Shown here piece by piece: positions 25,067 to 37,376 of a DNA stretch of 64,000 nucleotides. The notes under the pieces are model-generated. The model did not search any database and was not told the origin of the DNA. It saw only the letters and a list, made by a program, of their open reading frames with translations. Position numbers and translations under genes: made by a program. How positions within the stretch are numbered: position 1 is the first letter of the stretch; every line of letters begins with the position of its first letter. Origin of the DNA: Camelus ferus (Eukaryota); assembly GCF_009834535.1 (NCBI RefSeq), contig NC_045698.1, positions 7,566,001 to 7,630,000 on the forward strand, in the 5' to 3' direction.

Positions 25067-25452
25067 TGTTACAGGCTGAATGGCGGTCTCCCCAAATTCG
25101 TATACTGAAGCCCTAATCCCCCAGAACCTCAGAACACGATTGGATTTGGAAACAGGGCCCTGAAAGACATTACAGTGAGGCTGTTAGGGTGGGGCCCTAA
25201 TCTGACAGGACTGGCGTCCTTACAAGAAGAGGAAGGGACACCAGGGAAACAACTGCACAGAGGAGAGACCACGCGGGGACACAGAGAGAAGGTGGCCGTC
25301 TGCAAGCCTAGGACGGAGCCCTGGGGGGATCCAAGCCTGCCGGCCCCGTGGTCCTGCCCTTCCGGCCTCCGGACTGTGAGAAAGTGAGTGTCTGTTGTCT
25401 CAGCTGCTCAGTCAGTGGTGTTTTGTTCCAGCAGCCGGAGCAGACCCATACA
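25067..25452 (+). mobile_element. MaLR solo LTR (MLT1A/B-like)
   Basis: TG...CA ends; tgttacaggctgaat...agggtggggccctaatc...ggactgtgagaaa...cagacccataca. Confidence 0.85.
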
Positions 25453-26142
25453 GATGCCCGTTTAAAAATGAGCTCTGAATCATTTCAGCTTGGCAGACAC
25501 AAACCCTAAAACAACACCTCGCAGGTGTCTTCTATAAACTGGTGACAAGTAAAAAGTGCTGTGTGACTCTCTGCACCGAGAACAGGCAGTGAATGCCAAG
25601 GTGACGTTCAACATACTCAAGCCCCCCGGAAGCTGGCAGGGAGAGGGCCCACCCCGTGGAAGCGCACACGCCGAGGCCCGGTCACCCCGCAGCCGCACTG
25701 CACTTCAGTTAGTTTATAAACACAATTAACTTCATCAGTCACTCACAGTATGTGTGGTGACTGATGCAGCAATAAAAAGTGGCAATAATATTAATAACTC
25801 AAGGCTGAGGCAGACTCACGGCGACTTGCCCTGCTGCCAAAAACGTGACAGCACGTATTTACTGATTTTCTCACTGTCTCTAGAACTCATCGTTTGTTAA
25901 AAAATACAAAGGCAGAATTATCCCTGCCGAAATCTTGGTAGAATTATTTGTAAATGTCAGTATTTTTCTGAGAGGCATGAGTAAGAAAAGAAATCAGGTT
26001 TTTGTTGTGGTGGTTTGTGATGCAAATGAGAGCTTCAAATTCAAAGAATAACAAGTTTCCTCTTAGCAGGAGGCAAGAGCAGAGGGTAAGGGCGGGGATC
26101 CTGGAGCCAGATCCCTGGGTTCAAATCCCAGCTCTGCCCCTG

Positions 26143-26395
26143 GGTGTGGTGTGGGGTGTGTGTGTGTGTGTGTGTGTGTATGTGGTGTGTCTGTTTGAAT
26201 GTCTGTGTCTGTGTGGTGTGTGCATATGGTGTGTGTGTGTCTGTATGTGTGTCTGTGTGGTGTGTGTGTCAGTATGTATTTGTGTGTGTGTGATGTGTGT
26301 ATGGTGTGTGTGTCTGTATATCTGTGTGTGTGGGGGGGTGTGTATGTGTGTCTGTGTGGTGTGTGTATGTCTGTGTGTGTGTGTGGTGTGTGTCT
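26143..26395. repeat. Compound (TG)n microsatellite, apparently within a MIR relic
   Basis: ~250 bp imperfect TG repeat; left flank ctgggttcaaatcccagctctgcc is MIR-like. Confidence 0.95.
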
Positions 26396-27774
26396 GGGCA
26401 GGCTGCTGGCACTGCGCCTCAGGGCCCTCTGTCTGTGATGGGTGGCCGTGCTGTCCCCGCAGGGGCTCTCTGAGGACTACCTGAATCAGCCCACATGCAA
26501 CCCCTCCAACAAGGTCTGGCCCCCAAGTGCGCAACTGTCAGCTACTCTTATTAAACGGGCTTTTACGATGAGCATCTAGCACTTCGAGAGCCTTCCAGCG
26601 CTCGCGTCCTTGGTGGTTTACCACCTCCTGGCCGCCGTTCCCGCGTGCATACGGCGAGGATGCAGGCCCGCGGGGCTGGCCAGGAGAAAGTGGCACACCC
26701 TGCCACGTGCCCGCCCACCGTGTGCGCCGCCGCCCTGGCCAGCTGAGCCTCACCGGGCCTGTCGTCAGTACCTCACCATCTAAGGAAGCTTCTAGAGAAC
26801 CCCAGGTCCTGGATAATCCTTCAGTTTGCCTGTTCTGCGTATTGCAACCTGCCAGGCACTGTGCTAACCCCTGGCCATGTGCCACTTTCCAGCAACTCTT
26901 TGGGGTAGATCCCCCCACGAGGAGGGGAAGCCAGTGGCCCCATCACACGACCAGTGAGCGCAGAGCTGGGTCCCACCCGGCAGCCTGCATCCTCAGTCAT
27001 GCCCACAGGCCTTTCCTCACCTAAGTTTCCAGGAAACAGAGCATCAGTGCTCCTCAGACACAAGTGATGGCCTGCGGGGCAGGTTGTAAATCAGGGAAGA
27101 AAGTGCATTTGATGTTGAAGGCTCTCTGCAGAGCAGCTTCCTGGGCCAGGGCCACGGGCAGGGAGAAAGCGTCCTCCTGGGATGGGGGCTGCATCCCTAA
27201 GAATGACGGGAACCTGCTCTTCTGTGCTTAGAGCCACAGACTGTTAACTGTTAAGGTGGGAAGGCCCTTAAATTCACTCAGAAGAGATGAGGCTCAGAGA
27301 CCCGGCGTGTTGGCCTGGGATCTGGTGCTCTGGCCCAGGACTAGACGGGCCAGGCCCCGTCCTTCACCACAGCACAGCTTCACTCCCTGACGGGCTGGGA
27401 CCCAGAGGACTGACCGCACTGTGACCAGACCAAGACGAGAGCCCTGACGGACAGTGACTGGGCCAAAGCCCAGGAGTGCAGGAGGGAGCCTCAGGGGTAC
27501 TCCTTGAGTTTAGGGAGGCTGACTTCAAAAAGGCCAGGGAAAGTAGGATCCTTGCATGGAGGGAATCCAGAGAAACCTGGCACTGGGGGGCAAGCAATGA
27601 GAGTGTCCACCAATCTCAATCCCAGCCTCTCCTGCAGTTGGGTGGGGGCCATTTCCCTGCGACATGGCCAAATATGGCGCAAAGAGGCCGTGAGCGTAGT
27701 GTCCATGCCCTAGTCTCGGAGCCCCTGAGGGTGCTGGGATGCAGAAAAGGGGGAATTAATGTCACAGAATAAGG

Positions 27775-28150
27775 CTGTTAATCAGCTGACCTTAAAATAA
27801 GGAGATCAGCCCAGATCATCGAGGTGAGCCCTGTAATCACGAGGGTCCTGCCCTGTGAGAGGAGGGGAATCAGGGTCACAGTGTCTGATGTGAGGAAGAC
27901 TCCACCGGCCACTGCCGCTGTGAGCATGGAGGACAGGCCTCGCCCCGAGGAAAGTGGGCCGCCTCCGAGAACCAGAAGAGGCAAGAAAACAGACTCCCCT
28001 AGAGCCTCCGAAAGGAACCAACCCTACAAACACCCCAGTTTTAGCCCAGCGAGACCCAGTGGGGACAGCAGAGTCTCCTGGCCTGGGCCTCTGCATTTTT
28101 CCTGGTAGGAGGGCCACCCAGGAGAGAAATAATAAACCTTATGACTTGTG
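27775..28150 (+). mobile_element. MaLR LTR relic (MLT1D/E-like)
   Basis: ctgttaatcagctgaccttaaaataaggagat...cccctagagcctccgaaaggaacc...ttttagcccagcgagaccc. Confidence 0.7.
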
Positions 28151-29241
28151 CAGACACTGAGATTCTGGGTTCTCTGTTACAAAACTGAGCATGACATAAT
28201 ATAACTGTAACTAATATGGACTTCCATACAAAAAGGAACAGTCCCCTACACACAAAGGAATTTCTGAAGTTGGGAAGGGGAAGAGGATTCACAAAGCCAA
28301 GCGCGAGAGCCCAGGACTGTCTGAAATAAACGGGACTCGCACAGAGGATGGGCGGAGGCGTCTGTCACCCACAGCACCAACGCACAGAGGTGAAATCCAA
28401 CAGGTCTTAGAGGTGCTCGGGCCACCCTGACTGGAGGCTTTGGAAAAAAGTGCAGCGACTAAAAGGGTCTCTCTTTTTTTTGGCTCGTCAGGAGCCAAGG
28501 CGGACTTGCCTCCTGTATCTTCAGGCGTTGATCAGTGACTGGGTTGAGGACACTGGGGGGCATGCTCAGCAAATCTGTGACTGCACGGTTAATACAATAA
28601 AACCCAAATCAGTCTTCCATTTCTAGAAAGAGGGTGGCCTGTATACTGTGAGCACAGATAACTCAGGGAGAAGTACCAGCCACGACCCTTTAAATGCATC
28701 CTGACTGATTAACAGAACAGAGCATTGAATTATTTTGAAGTTACTAAAGAAAAACAGAGTGGTCTCTTTTTCCATTTTACTCTAATAAGTATAATCATGT
28801 TTATGCTTCCATGTGACAGTTCTAGAAGGGCTAGAAAGTCTACCCTTCAAAGAAAACCATATGTAAAATTAGTAATGCTCGAAGCTGTCACAGATGGGAT
28901 TTATGAGAACCTGACTGCCGTATGATTTTGCTCCCCTGGGAAACGGAGGGGAACGGGGCCAGCAAAATGTGTTTAACAAAGAGATGCTGGTCCTATCACC
29001 GCCACAAACTCCCAAAGAAGAGTTTGCGGGCAGAAGTGAGTAACAGCGCGGCCTGTCATGACCTCCCCGCTTCTGCACTGGATCAGAAGCGCTGCTATTA
29101 GAGGGAATAGAACCTCGCTAGCTTTGCTAATCTGTATCTGCAAGAATTCTCATCAAACAGGCAGTCTCACCCCATTTCTCCACAGATACTTTGTAGCCAA
29201 GAGCAGTGGTTAGGTCTCAAATTATTAAGATTTAGTTACTC

Positions 29242-29330
29242 TTTTTTTTTTAATGGAGGTGCTGGGGATTGAACCCAGGACCTCGTGCACACTATGTATG
29301 CACTCTATCACTGAGCGGCACCCACCCCCC
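29242..29330 (-). mobile_element. tRNA-derived SINE (camelid Vic-1-like)
   Basis: Poly-T, then the reverse complement of gctcagtgatagagtgc...gaggtcctgggttcaatccccag (Pol III A/B boxes). Confidence 0.85.
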
Positions 29331-29639
29331 AAGGCTTGGTTATTTTTACAGGGGACCCGGACCCTGGTCGGCACCAGCCCGCACTCATCAGTGAGGGGAC
29401 TCTGTATTCTTTGCATGTCACCTTTCTTCCTGGCTATTCAGAGCCCCATTGATCTCACACCTTGGGAGGAGGCACCTGCGACTAGTGGAGCCCCCTTTTG
29501 AAAAGGAGGTTCTAAGAGGCAAAGGCCTCACAGGCCAGCCCCCCTGAAATCACTGGCCTGGGGGAGTGGGCAACACCCCCAACACTTTGGTCAGTTTTAA
29601 AAATAGTGCTGTCCTATTTCTCCCAACTGCAGGCTAACT

Positions 29640-30163
29640 GCTAGTTAAACGAACTAATTAACCAAGGGCCCAGAACCAGGCCTGCGAAGGGGCGCAGAGT
29701 GAGCCACCCCCGCACATGCGTACATACTACCTGACTAAGAAAAGCAGCCCTCAGGGAAAACCTGAACATGCAGAAGGTACCCTTTTGTTAGGAACATTCA
29801 CATTTGTCAGAAAAATCTCCGTTTGTAAGTGTCTCTCTCTGTACCAGGAAGAGAAAGATGACGAAATCACAAGAGAATCTTACATCTGCATAAAAACCTT
29901 ACCCTGCATGACTGAGCATTTCCTGGTACCCTCCCATTACCGGCTCCCCCTCCTCCCAACACCTTTCATCTTCAGCTGAAGATGGTATTTAAGGTGGTGG
30001 CTTGCAAATTACTCATTTTTCTTGAGTTATCGCCCATGTATCCAGGAGGTGTCTATGTTATTAAACTTGTTTTTCTCTTGTTAATCTGTCTTTTATCATG
30101 GGGGGGGGTCCCTCAGCCAAGAACCTAGAAGGGTAAATGGAAAATTACGTCTCCTTCCCTACG
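29640..30163 (+). mobile_element. ERV1-class solo LTR (MER34-like); left boundary approximate
   Basis: TATA-like ggtatttaagg, ATTAAA poly-A signal, 3' end ...ctcagccaagaacctagaagggta...ttccctac. Confidence 0.65.
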
Positions 30164-32659
30164 CCCCGCACACTGTAACACTCAGCAAGTGTTACTTACA
30201 AGACTTCCACTGTGATGACGCTACCTGAACTGGTGAGATCCCACCCCACCGCTGGCACACGCTGAGACGGCTCAGAGGGAGGGGGAGGTTGCAGGCCCCA
30301 CGCGCTATGGAGGAAGTGAGAGGTGGTAAGAGGCTCTGGACAAAGTCAGGAGCTATTAGTGAGTATTTTGTGCCAGGCACTGTGCATCACTAGGACCCGA
30401 CCCAGCCCTGGGTGCAAGGAGAACAGAGGCAGACAGGTGGAGGTAAGAGCCACAGGAAATGGGATGCTGTGAGGATGCACAGGAGAGCAGCTGGGTCAGG
30501 CAGCAATAACGAGAAAACACAAAAGAACATGAAGAGAGTCAGGGAGGAGAATTTTATTGTTTGTGATTGCGGACTGAAGCACACGTTTTTATTACCCAGC
30601 TCAGGCACTTAACGAAAGCATTCTCAAAGTGTTGAAGGCTGTTATCTTGATTTATGAGCTGGGCTCTCGGCTATCTTTAATGATTACCCTTTATCATAGT
30701 GGTTGCCTTTTTTCATTTTTTTTTTAACAGTTACTCTGCAGACCGTCTCCTCTCTGGTCATGCCAGGGTAAACAAGACTGCCCTGAGCTTTCTGCCCCCC
30801 AAAAAGGCTTCCACACAGGGGCCCTCTGTACCCTGGGGGAAACATGCCTGAGGGGGTACTACTGGGAGACAAAATCCCACAGCCACGAAAGGTCTCCTTC
30901 TAACCTGCACCCCTGGGCCAGGATGCCAGATCTTTCCTCCAACTCTGGCCAAGTGTGACTGGCCTTGGGAAATGCACGCAGAATGACAGCTTCTTAAGCA
31001 GCGCCTGGTGCCCCACTGGCTTAAAGGACCTGCCGTAAAGGTGCTTGAGGAGTTTACATGTGGGATTAGCTGCCCGTGGGCTCCAATCCTGATGGATGGT
31101 GACAGTAACAGCACACAGGCTGCCCATTCCTTTCCCAGAGATCATCTGGCCCAAATGTCCCATTTCACGGATTAGGAAAACTGAACCCTAGAGAAGTGAT
31201 GGGCCTCAAAACTTTGAATCCAAGTTCACGGCTACACCAGCACAATACATTGGCTCCTCTCTCCTTGGGCATAAATAAGGTGTTTAATTTGTAATTCACA
31301 CAGCCTATATGTTTACAATTCAAAGAAAATCAGAGTCCTTCATGAAATTTCTCCCAGGGAGTTCATATATACAGTTTACACCTCTAATCTTAAAAATCTC
31401 CCTATGGCTGTCTCTACATGCAATTTAATTACTGCCACTCTGTTTTGGTATCATTCCAACACATACATCTAATACCACTTATGACCGTGGGACAGGGGAG
31501 CCACATGCAGACTGCTGCCGTGATTCACGCCACCAGTGTAATCAAGGGGTACCTTCCTGTGAAGCTGCCCCGGTGGTCAGGAAGCTGGACATGGACCCGC
31601 AGCGGTAGGAATTAAAGATCAGAGTTATCATTAAAGGAAATGCCTTTGAAGTTCTTTTTTAATTTTAAATGAATGCAACACAGAGGTACCCAAAGTCTAC
31701 TTTCCATTACAGTGGAATGATTTTCTAAAACCCCATGCCTCTTAAATCCCCAGGCATCAGCTAGCCATTTTTCTTTCTTCCTGCCCGTCAGTTTTCTTGC
31801 TGTTGAGAGTTTGTTTCACCAGGGGAAAGTATTAGCTATTCTGGAAGGCAGCATATATAAGGAACTGCTCTGTGCACCGAGTTGAGGCAAAGAAGTAGTG
31901 CCGTACAGTGGAGGGCAGCAGACGGAAACTGAGGGAATCTTTTTCTAACAAGAAGAGGGCACAAATGTTCCACAAAAATCAGCCATGTTTTGCTGAGGCT
32001 TTTGCCATTAGCAGACTGAGCTGATTGCACCTAACATGTGCCATTAATACCCTAAAACCCCCACAGACTGAAGTGACTCGGATTCTGGAACCCAGGCACC
32101 TTTGAATTCCCTCCCAGTGTCCTTCTATATGGATGGATCCTCATTCCAAAGGCAGGGAGAAATGGCTATCCACCAGTCTGGACAGACTCAAAAGAGCAAA
32201 CAGGAACTGTGCCCAGGAAGGCGAGGACCCGGTGTGAACATAAAGGCTGCTTAGAGTCATACTTTCTAAGAAAGATAACTCTTTCCTGCATTTAACTCCC
32301 ATGGCTCATAAGTTTAGGATGTGCAAAAACAAAAGCCAAAGCCACCTCTGAGGAATAGCTGGATGCGAAAGAAACGGGGGGGGGGGGGTCATCTTGAGTG
32401 ATTAACGATAAAAATGACTTCCGCTCGTTTGGTTCTTCTGTCGGTACGAAATGCTGTCAGCCTACCATTAATCATCACTATGACTTTAAAAACACTGATT
32501 CTTAATTGTTTCGACTACTCGTTTTTCTAAAACATCTGTCCATTCTCAGTATTCACCGGCCAGACTTTTTCGGGGAAGTTGCTCAACTGGGCTTATTCAA
32601 GTCATTCTCATTTGCATGCAACTCCCACAGGCTGCGAAGTTGCACAGACTCTGAAGACA

Positions 32660-33460
32660 AGCGTCTCGCCAGACCCCACGAGGGGACACGTCCCAGGCCG
32701 GCTGGCTGGCCTCCCCCGCCCGGCGCCCCGCTCCGCGCCCCGTGCCCGCGGGTTCGAGCCCGCCCTCGGGACCCGAGAGAGGAGAGAAAGTGGGAACGAG
32801 TCAGTACCGGCGGGCGGGTGTCCGGCTTTCGTCTCTAGCTTCCCCTCGGGAGACGAAGACATGGCGCGACCGGCTTTCCCAGGGGCTGGGACGGCGGCGG
32901 CTGCGGGCTGGCGGGCCGCGGGGGAAGTGCGCGCGAGCGCGATCGCGGGGAGTCAGGGAGGCGCGCGCGGGGCGACGGGGCCGCGCGCAGGGGAACCGAC
33001 CGCGGCCACCGGCAGGGGGCGTGGCCGCCGCGCGCCTACGTGGCGCCGCCCCGCCCACCCGCGGCTGCGCCTTGGCTTCACAGCGCCCGGCTCGCCGCAC
33101 CGCCCCCGCGCTCCTCGTGTACAGAGCATGCGCAGTCGGCCGCGCCACGTTGGAAGCCATGGCCGCGGGCGGAGGAAGAGGAGAAGGAGGGAGGGGAGTG
33201 AGGGTGGGGTATTTGCGGTTAGAAGTGGCCGGACGGGTGCTGGCGAAGGCAGTCGCAGGAGGTTGGAAAAAGCCTAGCAGGAGGGTGCCACCTCCATGGG
33301 CGGTGTTCGACCAACCCGCCCGATCGGCGGGGACAGTGGTGGGGAAACAGCCTCCGCAGAGGAGCGCCCAGGGGGCTGGTGTATGTCGTCCGCGAACCAC
33401 ACCCAGCTCGTACTTGGGGCGACTAATTAAGTACGGAAATGAGACCCCGGGACCGACCAG
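32660..33460. promoter_or_regulatory. CpG-island promoter of DAP
   Basis: Very GC- and CpG-rich segment around exon 1. GC/KLF boxes GGGGCGTGGC (33016-33025) and CCCCGCCC (33049-33056), NRF1-like GCATGCGCA (33126-33134), TACGTG (33037-33042). No obvious TATA box. Confidence 0.9.
32808..32862 (-). CDS. DAP: Death-associated protein 1, coding part of exon 1 (MSSSPEGKLETKAGHPPA + 1 nt)
   Basis: ATG at 32862-32860 in context gcgccATGT. Translation matches the known DAP N-terminus MSSPPEGKLETKAGHPPA. The 55 coding nt end at a GT donor (CCG|gtactg) whose phase fits exon 2. Lies in a CpG island. Confidence 0.97.
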
Positions 33461-33719
33461 GGGCCCAAGAACAGCAGGGATTTGTTAAAAGATGCTACAG
33501 ATGGAAGAGCCTTCCCCTCTCCCCTCAAGCGGGATGGAAGGACAGCTCAGTGACACCTGGAAACATGCAGAGTTCTTGCAAGGTTGCGTCTTTGCCCCCT
33601 CTGCCGTTTCCTTGTCACGATCGGTCTTGATTCTGTCCAAAGCTGACCCTTTGGTCTTGCCCTGGATTGCATCCCTCCCGCCTCCTCGAGCGCATTGCTA
33701 AATTAGGGTTCAGACATGC

Positions 33720-34260
33720 TCAATGCCTTTAGAAAAGGAAATTCCACAACCTTTCTTGGGTGTACATCTACCTTTGACAACACAACTGCTCAAAGAACTT
33801 CTCCCCACCTCTCATTCCTCAACCCGGCTGTCATCCAGCTCCATAGAGGCTGAATCAAACAGGAAAGTCCTTTCGTCAAGGTCATTCGTGACCTCCATGC
33901 TGCCCAGTCCAATGGCCACTCTTCCACTCTCACCCTACTTGACCTAGCTGACCATCCGCCTCCTCCTCAGGGATGCCACATCACTGCCCTGACATCCCAC
34001 GTTTGGGCTGGATGCTTGGCTGCTAACTCAGTCAGGTTGGCTGGCTTCTCTTCTAGATTTCTAAACACTTGGGTATCCCAAGGCTCAGTGCCGGTGCTCT
34101 TCTCTGTCTAGCCTGTGTCAGTGGTCACATGCAGGCCGGTGGGTATGACTATCATCTGTATGATTAAAGATGCTTAATCTGCAAACCCATTTCTCTACCA
34201 CTGCCCCTCTGTTAAGCTCCAGACTCACATCCCACCACCCTCTTGACCTCCCTACCTGGG
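33720..34260 (-). mobile_element. L2 relic
   Basis: gacctccatgctgcccagtccaatggccac...ctccagactcacat pattern typical of L2; a probable continuation lies at ~35570-35970. Confidence 0.55.
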
Positions 34261-34319
34261 TGTATAACTCAGAGCTGCCCAACTCTTTGCATCATGGCAC
34301 ACATAAAAATAAGCATAGT

Positions 34320-34822
34320 ATCCACTGATCTGCGGCTTCCCCCCCCCCCCACATTTCAGTAGCACTATTAATGGGGTATCTTTTGGCCAGGTGGCAATCA
34401 GGATATAGTTGTCATTGTCCTACATTCACATCAAAACTTGCAGACAGGTGTCAGCAGTTTAGATGAAAATCTGAAATCAATAGTGGAACACTTTTAAGAG
34501 AGGCTCCATCACTACCATTCTTGATAGAACAGAGTGAGGAAATCCACAGACATTCCTGATTTGGATTCTAAGTAGAAAGAAGCTTTAAGTATACCTAACC
34601 AAATTCATTGTCTGAATATTTTTCTTTTTGTGTGTGCTCGGGAGTGCTATATGGCTAAAAACTTACGTCTGAAGTCTAAAATAACCATTTATAAGAAGTA
34701 TGAAATGAAAATTCTAGGTTAGAAAAAGTTGTGTTATAGTTTAATTGGCAGTATTTTTTTCTTTAGTGGTACAGAAAGTCACATGTTAAGAGTGAGGGCA
34801 TCTTAGATCCAGTGACCTATGC
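34320..34822 (+). mobile_element. Tc2-type DNA transposon relic (Kanga1-like)
   Basis: catcaaaacttgcagac...gaaaatctgaaatcaatagtggaacacttttaaga (degenerate transposase C-terminus) and terminal gcatcttagatcc. Confidence 0.6.
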
Positions 34823-35139
34823 ATTGCTGGGGAACCCAGAGGGTAGAAGAAAGAGCTGTCTGAGGAAGGAATCAATCTACTTAAGGGCCTTGGAGGCTGC
34901 ACCGAGGCCTGAGAGAATCCATATCTTTGCCTGAGTCCTGTACTGGGGTCACACAGATCAAGACACTCTGGTTTAAGAGCCATGCCTAGTTTTACTTGCA
35001 AAGCAAAACTGATTCTCTATAGACACCTTCTCATTTAGAGCAGAATCCAAACTACTCGTTACAATGTGGAGTCCCTGCGTAATCAATGGAGAAAACACTG
35101 TTGTTTGAAGAACTTAGCTTGAAAAAACAAACCTCTTGA

Positions 35140-35530
35140 AAAAAAAAATCTCTTATTTCCCAGCCTCCCTTGCAGCCAGGGGGGTCAAGAGACAGTTCTA
35201 GCCATTGAAGTGGAAGTGGAATTGGGGTTTCTGGGGGAAATTTCTGTATTCTTGATATGAGGAACACCCTTCCTCCTGGTGACTTCATTGTTCATACCAT
35301 CTTGAATTCGGACAGAAGGCGGAAGGTAGGGCAATCATACTGCATCCAGGAGGCAACCACAGGCATGAAAGTCATACGCTAAGGATGGCAGAGCAGGAAG
35401 ATGGAAGGAAGTGGGACTTAGAAGGTTCTCTGGGGGCCCTGCAGAGCAGTGGTCCCTGCCTCCCGGTTGCTTGGTTGTGTGGAATACAAACCCCTGTGGT
35501 TGGTGTCTTTACATGCAGCCAAATGTAACC
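35140..35530 (+). mobile_element. ERVL/MaLR LTR relic
   Basis: tttcccagcctcccttgcagc...gctaaggatggcagagcaggaagatggaagga...tacatgcagccaaa. Confidence 0.6.
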
Positions 35531-37320
35531 CCTACCACGTCCTGGGTGATGGGACCCAGCCTGCCCCTGGGAATTCATCTCTCACAGCTCTTCTGGCCAC
35601 ACTGGCCTTTCTGATGCTTCTCAGATGGGACAAACAATTCCTTCCCTTTGGGCCTTAACATTAGCTGTTCCCTTGCCTGACAGCCTCCTCCAGCTTCTTG
35701 CATGGCTAACTCCTTCTCATTCTGGAATCAGCTTTGGAAGTGTCTGTCCTAACCACCAGATCTGAGGAAGCCAGCCCTACCCTTGACTCTCATCACTTTG
35801 TCTTCATCCTCATCCGAAATTTGTCCTCTCTCTGGGCCTGACTTTTTCTCTTCTAACTAGCAGTGATCAGGTGTCACCACCACAAGGAGAGAGGTCTTTT
35901 CCATCTTGTCCACAGTGTCCCCAGCCCCCAAAACTGGAATGGGCACAGAAGAGGCATTCAGTAGATATTCTACCCCGTAATTGTGGAGCAAAGATACATT
36001 TGATTTCTCACAACTGGTACGTAAATGAAAAGCAGCAAATGAGGTCTACACAGAGAATGAAAAATATACACAGTATGTAGGTAACAATACATGGCCACTA
36101 ACCTTTTCTGATACTTACTCTGACTCATAAGCACGTTCATGTGCGTGTGTATCCAGCCCCACCGGTCATAGATTTTTATGCAGACACACACACTCAATAA
36201 CATTAGAATTGCTGAGTGAATAATCTTATAAACTCACTATAACTCTGGGAGTAAGACAGGTTGACCCATTTTTCCCAAGAAAAACAAAAGCCAACAAACA
36301 AAAGGGAGGAGAAAGGATGTTAGACTTATGTGGGACACAACTCTGTTGAGTGCACACTGGGACCAGAAGCCAGATTTTTAAGCCCCAATCCCGTTTTCCC
36401 CCACTATTGGTTGCCTTCTCAAGGAGAGTTTTGGGAGCTGTTTCCCCTTCTCTAAGAAGGCTGTTTTGTAATCCCAAATGGTGCTGGGGGAAAAAAAAAA
36501 AAAGGCACTGAATGAAGACACGATTTGATGTGAATGCTGTAATCTAGAACAAGAATTAAGAAACAGAAAATGCACATTCGCTTCTCCATGTGTATGTTTT
36601 GTAACCTTGGCTCTGTCCCTGAAACTTTCTGAGCCTCAGTTTCCTTATCTGCAAGCTGGAGATGTGAACAAGGACTTCCCTCGGGACTGGTGTGAGAATC
36701 TAGGACCGTCTAAGTGCAGCCCACACACCCGCAGAGCTCTGCGTCGCCCCGTCAGCTCTCTATGAGATCCGGAGACACGAGGGCTTCTCTGCCCTCATTG
36801 ATGGAGGAACTGGGCCTGTAAAAGGCCAAGCACAGAGAATGGTAGCTAATGCGGGGACACCAGCTCTCGTCCTGGTCGCACACTGGGAAGTGCTTTGTAA
36901 ACCATGATATACTATAGAATGTACTGTCGTTATTGTAGACCGAGGTTTCATTAGCATTCACGAAATACAAGAGTTGTCCCAGGGTGTATTAAAACAACTC
37001 TGCCTATCAGTCAGTCTGGTGAGCCCTGCTTTCTTAACCTGGGCTGGTGCACACGTTCTGTCTTCTTGTACTGTTGTGTGATGGATGAGAATTTTTATAT
37101 TCTTCCTCACGACACAGGATTTCTCTTCCATTGTTGATACTGCTCGGAAAGAGAGGGCAGCAGCCATTCTCCACTTTGTAACATCCAGGATGTTTTCTTA
37201 TGACGTTATGGGAGGTTTAAATAATATTAATTTAAATATAATTTGTTTGACACCCACAAGGACAAATACAATATTTGAAGGAGATGCGCATGTCCCAAAG
37301 TCAAATACAAATGATAGACA

Positions 37321-37322
<2 letters not shown>

Positions 37323-37372
<50 letters not shown>
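37323..37372. repeat. (AC)25 perfect microsatellite
   Basis: Read directly from the sequence. Confidence 0.97.

Positions 37373-37376
<4 letters not shown>

Noticed and set aside
26002..26534. Cys/Val-rich and His/Thr-rich ORFs
   Set aside because: Translations of the (TG)n microsatellite.
32506..33488. Long plus-strand ORFs (232 and 248 aa) over the CpG island
   Set aside because: Arg/Gly/Ala/Pro-rich, no recognisable homology, and expected from stop-codon scarcity in GC-rich DNA.
36740..37210. Possible processed pseudogene or exon (several 65-114 aa ORFs)
   Set aside because: No recognisable protein, poly-A/TSD or convincing splice pair.
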